64,000 nt of DNA from positions 9,486,001-9,550,000 of the forward strand of contig OZ024755.1 in the NCBI GenBank assembly GCA_964016885.1, given 5' to 3'. The position numbers were made by a program, and so were the translations under genes. The notes below the pieces were generated by a model. The model was not told the DNA's origin. It did no database searches and saw only the letters and a list, made by a program, of their open reading frames with translations. This document shows positions 27,601 through 41,519 of the stretch, in pieces; position 1 is the stretch's first letter, and each line of letters opens with the position of its first letter. Source of the DNA: Eledone cirrhosa (lineage: Eukaryota).

Positions 27601-30600
27601 AAATCCCAGTGGAGAGGAACTGTATTAGGGAACCAAGGAAGACCTGGACAGAAATAAAGCTCACAGAGGAAATAACAAAAAGCTACAATGAGTGGAAGAA
27701 TGCTGTACTGGAAAAGACCCATCCAACCCATGCAAGCATGGAAAAGCAAACATAAAATGATGATTATAATATATATGTGTGTGTGTATATATATGAAAGA
27801 TTCGGGATCCTGACAGCTGAGCTACTACCGTTTCAACAGCTAGTTCTGAACTGTTTGAATCCTTCATATTATCACACTCTACTACCCCAAGTATTGAGTA
27901 CTCTGGTTAGTAATGGTCTAACAGGTTTTTTCCAGCATCCATTTTGGGGTGCAAACATTGCTCTGGTCTACTCAGATGGAAAAAATTGAGTTGTACCTGT
28001 AATTCAAATGGTCAGCATTGTCACACTGTGTCATGCTGAATCTTCCTGAGAACTACATTAAGAGTACATATCTGTGAAATGCTCAGCCACTTGCATGTTA
28101 ATGTTTGATGAGTATAGCCACCAAAGCTATACTCATCAACAGTTCTAACAACACATTGAGCCACCAAAGCTATACTCATCAACAGTTCTAACACATTGAG
28201 CCACCAAAGCTATACTCATCAACAGACTAGTCATTTACTTACATTAATATTTAGTCCTTCATCTCCAATTATCTTCCACATACAGTATGTATTTGGTGGA
28301 TAGGAATTAGGATAATTTGGACTTGTAATCACACCTATCTCATCAGTTATTATGCCACCACATTCTGAAATAGAAAAATTTCATAGTTTTACAATAACAT
28401 TTTCTTTATAAAAATATAACCATATAATGTAATTACATTATATATTCGAAGATAAGCTGAGGAATATGTGACAAAAAGAAAATCAATGGTAAAATGAGTG
28501 TGTGGGTGGGGGAGTGTCAGTTTATAAATGCCATCTAAACAATGTGTTGATTAGCTGCCTCAGCTTGGAGTAATGTTACTTGATAAAATGTGTGGCTCAG
28601 AGATCAGAGAGTCACTCAAGGTAGAGCCACTACTTCTCCGAATTGAGAGATCACAGCTCCGATACTAGGGACATGTGGTTAGAATGTCTCAGGAAAGAAC
28701 CACTGACAGATTTTAGAAGAAAAACCAACAAGTAAGAGACCCAGGGGTAGACCCTGAGCAAGATGGTTAGATAACATTGATGAGCTTGGCTGGTCTCGCT
28801 TGGGGATCCAGCCAGATCAGTTGGAGGTGGTTGCTTATAACAAGACCCACTGGAAAGAGTGTTTGAGGACTCTGCCCCCACGACTCTCTCAGGAATAGGT
28901 GAGTGAAGAAGAAGAATAAAGAATACCTGCTATAGTATAGTTGACTGATAACCTATCATGTGTATTCAAGTTCTCGGTGACAAGATGCAGGAATAGAGAA
29001 TGACTCCATGATGCAATCCTATTTCTTGTGTTATTAAAACATAATCTTGCTATTCTTTCACCAGTTGTATCACTTCCTGAAAATAACAATGTGTATTGTT
29101 GCTCTTTTTAATTTTTATTTTAATCATATTTTAATTATTTTCTTCATTTTTCAATATTTATATTGTATGCCTGTTTAGGGTGATGAACATAGAACAGCAG
29201 AGAATGCTGGAAAGAATGGAAATGAGAATAGTCTGGTGGATGAGCAGTATCATTGAGAGAGAGGAAGGCAAACAATGAATTGTAGAGGATGATGGAAATA
29301 GACCTAGTGATGAATGTTGTGAAGAGAAATGGTACAAGATAGTTAGGTCATGTGTTGAAGAAGTATAAAAGTGACTGGGTGAGAGGAATAGAGTCAGTGA
29401 TGAATATTGTGAAGAGAAATAGAATAAGACGGTTGGGTCATGTTTTGAGGAAGGTTAAGAGGAATAGTGATGAATGTTGTGAAGAGAAATAGAATGAGAT
29501 GGTTAGATCATGTGTTGAGAAAACATGAAAGTGACGGGGTCAGTGGAATAGAATCAGTGATGACTGTTGTGAAGAGAAATGAAACGAGATGGTTGAGTCA
29601 TGTTGAGGAATGATCAACACGACTCAACCATCTCATTTCATTGAATGGAAATGAATGTGGAAGAAAGTTGCGGAAAGGGGAGGTTGTATCTCATGGGAGG
29701 TTTCTCAGATGTTGTAATGATAGAGGTCCCAATCATATGATGTTATTATAGCTCACACCTATGTAGATTTAGCTGGCCCCTCACAAGAGGAGAGTCAATA
29801 AATTTACCCTAGTGCATTACAGGTACTTTATTTTATTGATACCTCCCCCACCCCCCACCCCCATCCAGGGATGGAAGGCAAAGCTAACCCCAGAAGGATT
29901 TGAATTCAGATCATAAAGGGCCATAATAGTAGTTGGTGTTTGTAATGCTTTGCAGCATATAGTTACAACCCTTTATGTTCTGAGTTCAAATCCTGTTGGG
30001 TTTAGCTTTGCCTTTCATCCTTATGGGGGGGAAGGGGGTCAGTAAAAGAAAGTACCTGTAATGCACTGGGGTAAATATATCGACTTCCCCCTTCCCTTCA
30101 AATTGATGGCCTTGTATCCAAAGTAGAAGCCATTATTATTATTATTTTTACCTTCTATGATATCAAAATAATTATATCTGCAAGATTGACCGTTGTATAT
30201 ATGAATATCAATAATTATTGTCATATTGTCTCTTGGTGTAGGTTGCAACAACCAAGAGCAGACAACTGCACTAACATCATTATTTTCATCAGAGTCAGGA
30301 GATACAATGGAGCCGGAATCAGCAGTCAGCAAACCACCACACACTGTTTAAAAAAAAAATATAAGCAAAAAATAGCAAACCCATTATTTTAGAAGTAAAG
30401 AAGTGTATTGAAAGCTAGAATATTGCTAGTAAAAGAAAAAAATAATTGTATGCAATATTTTAGGGGTTTCTTGGAGTGAGTCCTTAACTCCTGATGAAGT
30501 CATAGAGGTGCCATCTTAACATACATGTTGGACATTCTAAACCTGGTTGAGCCCATCACTCTCGGAATAGAGAGAGAGAGGAAGAACTAACTCCTGTACT

Positions 30601-33600
30601 GGGTAATAATTTATTTATCGACAGAGAAAGGATAAAAGTTACAGTTGACCTCAATGGGATTTGAACTCAGAGTGTACAGAGAGCCAGAACAAACACCAAG
30701 TGAATTCACAGTCGTTTCAATATTTAATAACTTTAAATCAACAACCATGCTGTGCCTTTAGATTTATTTACACAAATTACCTCATATACTCATATATAAA
30801 ATGAGAAATATGTGACAAAATAATGAAAAAAAACGATAATAAATGTGGTTATTTCACATACACATATAGATGATGTATGTATCATCATCATCATTGTCAT
30901 CAACATTTTAACGTCCACTTACCCTGCTAGCAAGCGTTGAACGGGTCAACATAGAGCAAGTCAATATTGAAGCAGAGCTACTGATCTTCCTGACAGGCCA
31001 GGGATTTGTGTCTCACTTATGTACGGTCTCACATTCCACCAAGTGCACAGGAGAGGTTGTCATATCTGAGGGTCCTTCCAACCCTTTGTTTGGCAATATT
31101 TCCACGGTTGGATGCTCTTCACTTTACAGTGTATATGTGGTTTAAATTAGGTACACTATATCACCGCATGTCATAAGAAGTGACTAAAAGGGTTAGTGCC
31201 AGGAAGGACATCCAGCTGATAAGGATGATGATAATGATGATGATGACAATGATGACAATAATGATAATAATGATGATGCATGTATAGTATTGCTCATACT
31301 TACACCTGTCTTCATCTGATGTATAATATGCTTTAAATTTGCTGGGATATCCTTTGCGTGACATATATACTATTTGCATAATATTTTGTGATGATTTAAT
31401 CACTTGAATATTATCATGCGAGCAGAATCTCCTCATAAGAAATTCAAAAGAGAAGGTTTGGTAAACCTAAAAGAGAAAATGTTCAAGTTGTATATTGTAT
31501 ATTTGGTACAGTGAAATTCCATTATAACAAAATTCACGGGGTATAAAAAAAAATTTGTTGTAACGGAAAATTCTTTATAACGAGATCGACCGAAACAAAT
31601 CGAGCATTTATTTTTCAGGGATTGAAAAAAATTTCATTATACTGAAAAATTCGTTATAACGCAATTTTACCTGTATATATTAATTAATTCTGACATCCTG
31701 TAGTGATATAACAGAAAGGGTATTTTTTAAGAAAGATTCTATAAACATTTGAATCAATAAAGCCTATTTGTGGACAAATTGTTGGGAGAATTTGCAGTAT
31801 ACTAAAGTAAAAACATTATTGTATATACTCAAATATAAAATATAAGCTGAAGAATATATGACCAAAAAAATATTGATAGTAGAAGGGAGGGGGATTATAT
31901 TCAGGGTCAATATTTTGTCAATTTTCACCAACTTCAAATTCTACATAAATAAGGTTTGGATTTTTTGGGGTCGGCTTATATTAGTATTGGCTTATATTCA
32001 AGAATATATGGTAAACTTTTAAAATAAAGTAGTCTTACCTTTACATTTCCAAACCAACATCTATAGAAATCTTTATCTTGGAATCTTAAAGTTATTCTCT
32101 TGCTTGGGTTTACTTCTATTTTCCAAATACACACAGTTTGTGAAATCACTTGATTAGGGTAGCCAGGTGAGGTGATGGTTGCCATTTGCTGGGTTAAAGT
32201 GCCACCACAACCTATTAATTAGAGAATAAATTGATTTACCACTTTTGATACCAATGCACTAGAAACTGTTCTGATTCTATGATACAAAGCTGTATATTTT
32301 AAAGTGTTTGTAGTTATCTACAAACATTCCATCGAGCGCCGGACAGCAGATTCACTGCCCTTTACATTCTGAGTTCAAATCCAGCCAAGGTTAGTTCTGC
32401 ATTTTATCCTTACAAGATCGATAAAATAAAGCGCCATCAATGCACTGGGATCGATTTAATCGATTTTTCCCTCCTCCAAAATTGATGACCTTGTGCCTAT
32501 AGTAGAAATCATTATTTTATTAAGTTAAATTCTAAATTAAACACCTAATTAAACACCAACTTAATAATAGTCATATTACTAAACCACTTCAAATTCTCAA
32601 TCATTTTCAAAATTATTTGGAAATAATAGGCAGTGTCTTTCATTATAGACATGGCAATATGTGGCTTTATGGTAACAGTCTTCATTTTGATTCCCAGTAG
32701 TGTGTTGTGTCCTTAAGCAAGACTCTTTATTTCCTGTTGCTCCAATCCAGTTGTACCTATAATTCAAAGAGCTAGCCATGTATGTCCCACACTGGGTTGT
32801 ACTGAATCTCCCTGTGAACTACATTAAGGGTAAGCACGTCTGTGGAATGATCAGCCACAAGCATATTAATTTCATGAGTATGCTGTTCCATTGATCGAAC
32901 CAACTGGAACACTTGACTGATGGAGGCCCAACACATATGCACACACACACACACGTGCGCACACATACACACACATGCAGCAGAAAGGTTGAATGGAACA
33001 GAGTACACTGGGGGAATTTTATAGTGGCACCACTACTAGGGAGGTTGTCATATTCTTGTCACAACTGAAGAATCTTCTTGATCCTTTGTTTGGCAGGGAC
33101 TTTTTATGGCAGGATGTCCTTCATGTCACTAACTACTTCACAGTGGGTACCGGGTGAGTTTTATCTTGTCATTAACATTAGAGGGGATGCCATACCCTTG
33201 ACACAAATTAAAACTCTCATTTCTTTGTTTGAAAAAAAATATGAATCCGCATGTTCACAATATCTACTTACCAGAAAGACTTGCATTGTAATTGATAAAA
33301 AAACCTTGGTCGTTCTGAGTTGAGTCTGTTTTGAATATTATGAAGACTTCATTTGTGGAAGATTGTATAGTATGGTTACCATTGTGTCCACATGCTCGAA
33401 AGAGTGTCCTTTCTAGAAGAAAACAATATTTGCTCATTAGAATAACAAATATAATTATAATAATGAACTTAAAAGTTTACAAAGAAATTAGGTAATATAA
33501 AGAATGATGTGCTATATGATAGGATGAATACCTTTAGAAGACAGAAAACAAAGATACCTTCAGCCAATGGCAACTTCTTTTTCTGCTATTTAAAGGACTT

Positions 33601-36600
33601 TACCCTATTTTATAGCATCTCTGCACATGAGCACATCATTCTTTATATTAACTTTCTGAGAGATCAGCTACATATATTCTAAATTAGATAAGTTTGAAAA
33701 TTTTTTAATTTATTTGCTTTTGTTAAGAAAACCTGCCATAAATCATATATAAACCATAAAATAGTGAGGTGATGATGATGATAATGGTGGTTAGGATGGT
33801 GGCAATGATGATGATGATGATGGTGATGATAGCAATGGTGGTGATGATAGTGAAGATGATGATGGTAATGATAGTCATGAAGGTGGTGGTGATGTGATGG
33901 GTGATGATGACGATAGCAATGATGGTGGTGGTGATGATGATGATAATGATGAATGTATCCCAACTTTATCTCACCTTCTGGGATTCTTTCAAATATATAG
34001 AGATAGTCGGCCGAACAATTTGGAGATGCTTGCAGTTTTAAATCTTGAATATTAAGGATGATATAATGCTGTGGGGCGACACTTATTCTCCATGTACAGT
34101 TGACATTGTTGTCATACCTTTGGGGATAATTGTCACTTTTGATTTCACCCTGATTAGCAGTTAATGTGCCGCCACACTTGGCTGAAACAACAAAAATATT
34201 TGGAATTGAGATGAGAAAAAAAACAGCTCATCAGGTGGAGTTGTGTGAAAAAATGTGATAAAAGCTGACCTTGCGTAATTGCACCTCTCAAAGACAATGA
34301 CAAAGGACCAAGATCTTTGGCATTATGCTGTAATACAGAAGACACGCCTTCCCATGCACCTCTTAAGCACCTCTAAACAACTACACCCCCTTCAATGCAG
34401 CTCCCACGTTCCAACACCCACCCACTTCTGTTCACACCATCCTTACACTGTAAAGAAGGGGAAGAGGGATTAGGAAAAGGGATTCGAAGAGGAAGGGAGG
34501 GGGGGGGGGATTAGGAAGAGGGATGGAGGGGGGATTAGGAAGAGGGTTTTTGAAGAGGAAGGGAGGGGGATTAGAAGGGATAAAAGAAAACAAATATACA
34601 TACCTATTGAATATTTCAACTGAAAACCACTTCTAGAGCTAAAGCGTGCAAAGAATCGCACAAACATTACATTGCCTTCAGAGAAAATAGTTTCTGTAGT
34701 GTTTCTCCTGTTACAAATCCTAGCAATCCAAGGGGATTGGGCTGTACCTCCATCACGGAACTCAAAAAAGGTTCTGCATCTATATTTGAAATGTAAGAGT
34801 CATATAGATCTAATGTTGATAACATATTACACTCTACAAAGGGTTGGGAGGACCCTTCAGTTATGTCAAAAACCTAACCTCTCTAATGCTGGTGACATGA
34901 TAAAAAGGTACTCAGTGGAATGTGGGACCATATGTAAGTGAGATGCAGATGCCCAGCCTATTTGGGAGGTCAGTAGCCCCCACTTCACTACTGACTCGGT
35001 TTGGGAAAACCCATCCAAACTATGCTAGCAAGGAAAGTGGATGTTAAATGATGACGATGATGATGGAGGTTGGTGATAGGAAGGGTATCCAAATGTAAAT
35101 AACTTGCCAAACAAAAGATCAAGAGGACTCTTCACTTATGTCAAAGATATGCCAACCTCCCTAGTGCTGGTGCCGGGATAAAACACACTTGATGCACTCT
35201 GCAGAGTGCAGGAACATATGTAAGCATGATGCAGCCTCTAGCCAGCTTGCCTAGAGGTCAGTGGCTCTGATTAACTACTGACTTAGTCTGTAAAGATCCA
35301 TCCTACTCTTGCTAGCAGGAAAAAATGGATGTTAAATGATGATGATGATGATATAGCTAACCTAAGAAGGTGGTGAACTAACAGGAAATGAGGTGTATTA
35401 ACCAGTTCCTTAGATAAATATAAACACTTTAAAATAAATAGCTTTGTACCACAGAATCAGTGGCAGTTCTAAGTGATTTAATATCAAAACAGTTAATATA
35501 TATGTTATGGTTAACAAAAGAAAGAAATCAATAAAAAAAAAAAAAAGAGTTGTTGTAGCTGAACAATGAGTGTTCCAATTGTTTCATCAATGGTACTGCT
35601 TGCTCATGAAATTAATGTGCAAGAGGCTGAGCAGTCCTCAAACAGGTGTACACTTAACATAGTTCTGGGGTATATTCAGCATGACATAGTATGCAACAAA
35701 GCTGACCATCTGAATTACAAAGTACGACTGAGCAGACTGAAGCAAAGTGAAATAATGTGAGTTGCTACCAAATATTGAACTCACAATCTTACTACCATAA
35801 ACTGAACACCTTAAGTCACTGAATACTTTAACCCTTTAGCATTTAAACCAGCCGTCACCAACCAGAATTCTCCCACCTCTTTCTATTAAAACCGGCCATA
35901 ACCAGCTGCTTATACCTTTTAAGGCATTATTCTCAAAACAAATAATATCAAAATTTCATAGATACAATATTATGTGATATTATTATGTGAGGTAAAGCCT
36001 TTACTGTGAAAATATAATAGTAAATATTAAGTAATATAAAAGGGTTAAACCACAAAACCATGCACCTTCACAAAAAATGGGTATACATAACAGAGAGACA
36101 AACACACACTTACACACACATAGATTAAGGAAACAGAAACATTTACTTACCTATATCTGCTATTAACAATGGTTTTATTCACAAACTCAATTTGAATTCT
36201 TTTGAAGGGTGGGGCATATATAACCCATTCACATTCAATGCGGGATGGGTATCTGTTTGGATAATTAGGGGATTGAATGTAACCCTCTGTATCAGGGTCA
36301 AGATATCGGTGACCTCCACATTCACTCAGATATCTATTTAGTACTAATGTGAACAGAGGACTGGTTACAGCAGAAAGTTTTATATAAACACGATTCCCTG
36401 AGCTAATCATTTTCGGTGGTTTTTTAGTGCCACAATACTTGCCATCTGTAGCATTACCAAGTGGTGAGCTTGAAGAAGAGCGACCATCTAAGAACTGCAA
36501 AATAGATCTTTATTATATAAGATGTGAATATATATAGCAGGGATTCTCAAACATTTTACTTGATACACCACCTGGAACAGAATTTAATTTCTATTCACTC

Positions 36601-37604
36601 CTAAACAAATTAATTAAATATAAGATTACATAGCATTTACCATTGTTTAATACAACTTAACATAAATTATAAATCTAATGTATTATTATAAAACATAAGT
36701 AATTTATCAGTGTTTAGTACAACTTACATGAGAAAAGTATCAGTAAATTATAAATGTAAACATACCTTTAATGTGTGAATTATTTTTTAATGAGAAGCTA
36801 ATGTACATGATCCAACAATTTTTATTTTCCCATTATAAAGGGATAAACAAACTAATCAATTCTCTGTGGTTTCCTAAGATTTTATTCACCCGAGGAGTCT
36901 ATATGAAGGCTCGTTACCTAATGGTAAGAGCATTGGACTTATGACCATAAAGTCAAGGGTTTGATTCCAAGACTTGATTGTGTGTTGTATTCTTCAGCAA
37001 AACACTTCATTTCACATTGTTTCAATATACTCAGCTGAAAATGAATACCAGCAGTAGCTGGGGGTTTGACCCTATAATGGTGAACTGTCCAGGAGGAAGT
37101 CTTGTACTCTCAGTCGCTTAACGTCACAAAAACCAGAATAAGCACCGGCCTGATGAGCCAACTGGCTCGAGACAGACTTTAGAGTCTAGTGTCTATATGA
37201 ATCACATAAAGAACACCTGATATCCATAAATAAATAAGTCTAGTTTGTTTATAAAATATATAAGACATTACAGTATTTCATAGCTAGGTGTCTGGGTTTA
37301 GGTAAGTTGTTACAGCTCACACCTATACTGCTTTAGCTGGCCCTGTACAAGATTGCATTTCATAGGAGGTTTCACAGGTGTTTTAATAATAGGGGTTCCA
37401 GTTCGATCGTGCTGTTGTTACAGCTCACACCTCTATTGCAGCTTCCTTCCACTGGCATCTCTTGGCATTTCTTCACTCAATAATCATCAACTATACCCAT
37501 CACATGTCCATACCAGTACAGTCTTCTCTTTTTTACTCAGCTTTTCTCTCAGATTAGTGCTTCATCATCCTAACATTAATAGAGTATGCTCACTTCATTT
37601 CTCC

Positions 37605-37643
<39 letters not shown>

Positions 37644-38306
37644 GATGGGCTCCTACAGAGTTTCCATCTACCAAATTTCACTCACACGACATTGGTCAGC
37701 CCCAGGCTTGTGACCATCATGCCATGCAGTGTGACCGAGTCCAAATGTAATATAGAAATTAAAGTGACTATACCTGAATATAGTTTGTAGAGCAGTTATT
37801 ACTGTAGCCCATGTAGAAGTATTGTTCAAATGTTACTGTGATTCTGGTCGACGAATAGTAATAGTAGACCTGCCATTCACAGTCTTTCATAACAGACCCC
37901 AGTCGAGAGGTTAATGTGACTTTCTTCCTTAATCTAATTACACCACCACACACTGAAAGAAATAGAAATATATGCACAATGCTTGGGGAAAAGATTTTTT
38001 CTTTGTTTACATCTCCTGGAAAAAATAAAAGAAGAAAAGAAAAAGACATAACTGAAGAAAGAATGTTTAAATTGGTCTTTCCATTCTGATACTGGTTTCC
38101 TGGGAGTATGTTCAACCCAGCTCCACTTCCTCTGCAGAATCTGCTGCTTTGCCACTGATTCCTGTTCTGCTCACTCCCACAGATCACAAGCCGTAGATGC
38201 GTCACAGACATGATCTTCTCCTGCATTTTCTTTGTTGTCCTCTAAGTTTCACTGAAGTAGAATTCTCCACTCTACATCAAATTCACACACACACAGCCAC
38301 ATCCAT

Positions 38307-38338
<32 letters not shown>

Positions 38339-41287
38339 GATCTGGAAGATTCAGTGTGACACACAGTATGATAAAGCTGACTCATTGAATTACAGGTACA
38401 ATTCATTTTGCCAGTCTCTCGCTCTCTCCCTCCATTCCTCTCAGTCTATCCCATCCTCTCACTATCTCTCTCTCAATGTCTATCTCATCCTCTCACTCTA
38501 CCCTACTCCCACCTCAAAGATTCTCTCAAAGATCAGATAAACTCTCTACTTACCTTGTTTATATTCCAGTCTAAACCCAGTAGCATTTCCACTTCTGCCA
38601 GATCTAAAAGTTAGTACTCCTATATTGAGAGGTGTGAGTATTGGGCTGTAGATGGGGGTTCTCTTACAAATATACGCTAAACATCAACAGAAAAATGAAA
38701 AATAAAATTTAATAGCATGGTTTTAGAAATGTTTACTGAGTTTAAGGCACGTGGCTTAGTGGTTAAAGATTTGGATTAACAATCGTGAGGTTGTGAATTT
38801 AATTCCTAGACTGCGAGATGCATTGTGTCCTTGAGCAAATTCAACATATCACTAGAAATCAAACTCATGAGTTAAACACCAAAACCATTAAAGCCTTCAC
38901 CACACATGCACGCATTAAATTGCAGCCATGCTGGAAAACACATACGCACGCACAATTTTTTTGTATGAAATTTATAGCACACATGTATATAGGCTGATAG
39001 GAGGTTTCTTGAATGTTTTAATGATAGAAACCCCAGTCCAATTACAAAAAGCAACATGAAATAAATCAATTTGCTCAAAAACACAATACATCACCCAGTC
39101 CAGCAATCAAACACACAGTCTTATGATTGTGAGTCCAACAACCTAACCACCAGGCCATGTGCCTTCACATTTGGATAAATATTAATGATTAAAAGATAAC
39201 TAATATTTGCCTACTTACTACGATTAAAATATATATATTCACTAAAGCAATTTTCATTCAGATCTATGGTAGTAAAATTTACTGAAATTCTGTATCCGAT
39301 AGTAGTTGTGATAAACCAAGTACAACGTAAACTTGATGGGTATGGGTTCGGGTAGTTAGGTGATGTGAGGACTTTCGACACGTTCGTAGCTCTAAAGCTA
39401 TCAGAACATCTTTGTCTTCGAACTGTAATTAAAAATAACAAAAACATATATATATACATATAATCTTTGGAATATATACATAATATGTAATATATATATT
39501 ATATAATATATATATAATCATCATTATCATCATTATCATCATTTTACGTCCGCTTTTCCCTGCTTGCAAGGGTGGGACGGGTCCTATTCAGCATCTTTCC
39601 ACTTGTCACAGTCCTTCGTCATCTCCACCATCAGCTTCAGCGATCTAAGGTCTGCTCTCACCACCTCCGCACATGTTTTTCGTGGTCTTCCTCTACTACG
39701 TCTCCTCTCCTGCACACTACAATTTATCCCTCTCAAACACAGTTTCTCTCTCAACACATCCATGCTTGGTCATTCACGCACATTGATATTGCATATCCAA
39801 CAGAGCATGCTTGCCTCATTTCTCTCTAGCCATCACATATCCTCTGCAGTTGCTGCCCATGTCTCACTACCATGCAGCATCGCGCACCTTATACAGGCAT
39901 CATATAACCGGCCTTTTGTACGCAGGGAGAAACCCTTCTTCATCAGCAGAGGAAGCAGCTCCCTAAACTTCTTCCAACTGTCCTTATTCTAGATACTATG
40001 GCCTCGGAATACTCCCTCCCATGCTAATCTGATCACCTAGGTATCGGAAGCTATCAACCACTTCTATAGAACCTACCTGCATTTGAAAAATGTGTCTATC
40101 AATGCAACTTCTACTGTCAAATTTCCCTGTACATCTACTGCATACATATTTTTCCCTACCTGTTAGTTTGCCTGCTATCCCACTACATCTCTTGTGTACC
40201 CAAGTTCTGCATTGTGTACATTTTATAGAATTTATGCCAGTTCCTTTTCTGCATATCGAACATGCCATTTCCCTGATGGAATCAGGAGTTTTGTCTTCTT
40301 TTCTCATAATAAAATACATGGAACTCTTTTAACCATCTTTTCATCTTATATTATTTATACTCCAGTCATATAAACTGTTGAGTGCTACTTATCCGATATT
40401 TGCATTGCTTTATTGTGCTACAATAAAACTCACCTCCTACATTATATATATATATAGAGAGAGAGGGGGGGGGGAAGAATTATGGTGTTTTTAATAATAT
40501 TTTTGTAATTTTAAATATTATATATGCTATAAATAATCAAAATGAAGAGGGGAAAGAATATACACTGCTGTGACTGACTCTAATTGAATAAATATTTACA
40601 AATTATTGTTTGCGTTAATATTTATTAAAATTTTATGTATGTATAGATGTATATATACATTATGTATATATACATTATATATATATATGATGGCTGCCCC
40701 CTCGTTATCGAGTATGGCCATTGCACAACATACTATTATTAATAAATTCTATCGTGCAATGCCTGTGCGTGAAGATATTTTTTAAAGTGAGGAAAGACTG
40801 TGCACTGAGCCAATCCCACTCTCTGAGCGACAGTAGCTATAACCCAAAAAGAAGAAAAGATCAACATCATCGGTAACTACTGAGCCACAGGTTTTATATC
40901 GGAGTTATCCAAGTTTCCTGAGTTGCCTTCTCCTAGAAGAATGCCCTGACAAAGGCTCGGGGCCCTTCACTCCCAGTGGTTTAACCGTGCGATCGGGTGT
41001 CCAGCCCGACTATTTCTATGTCCCCGCACATATACATACACATGCACCCATGTATATACACATATACATACATGTGTATATACATATTTACACACTTTTG
41101 GATGGCCGTTGACTCTTATGAGTTCTTCTGCCCTTTATCAGGTTTTGTTTTTTTGTCCTGCAGGGTGTCCAAAATCACCCTCCTCACCAAGTAAATTTGG
41201 TGGGGTTGCCGGTTATGTGGGCAACGACCCAGCCATGCAACAGGTTGTACTTGGTTACATGTTACCAGTAGCACTCAAGAGTGACCC

Positions 41288-41342
<55 letters not shown>

Positions 41343-41452
41343 GGTTGGTGTTAGGAAGGGCATCCAGCTGTAGAAATCAAGCCAGAATCAGTTCCCGTCC
41401 CACCCTTGCAAGCAGGGAAAAGCGGACGTAAAATGAAATGATGATGAAATGA

Positions 41453-41519
<67 letters not shown>

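Noticed and set aside
37100-37180. CTGATGA hammerhead-ribozyme core (also at 6839 and 30491)
   Set aside because: I could not build the three stems with a properly placed GAAA; these sites lie in SINE bodies.
38080-38226. ICG-containing ORF as the missing CUB14 half
   Set aside because: No CUB motifs; the proper exon was found at 38554-38676.
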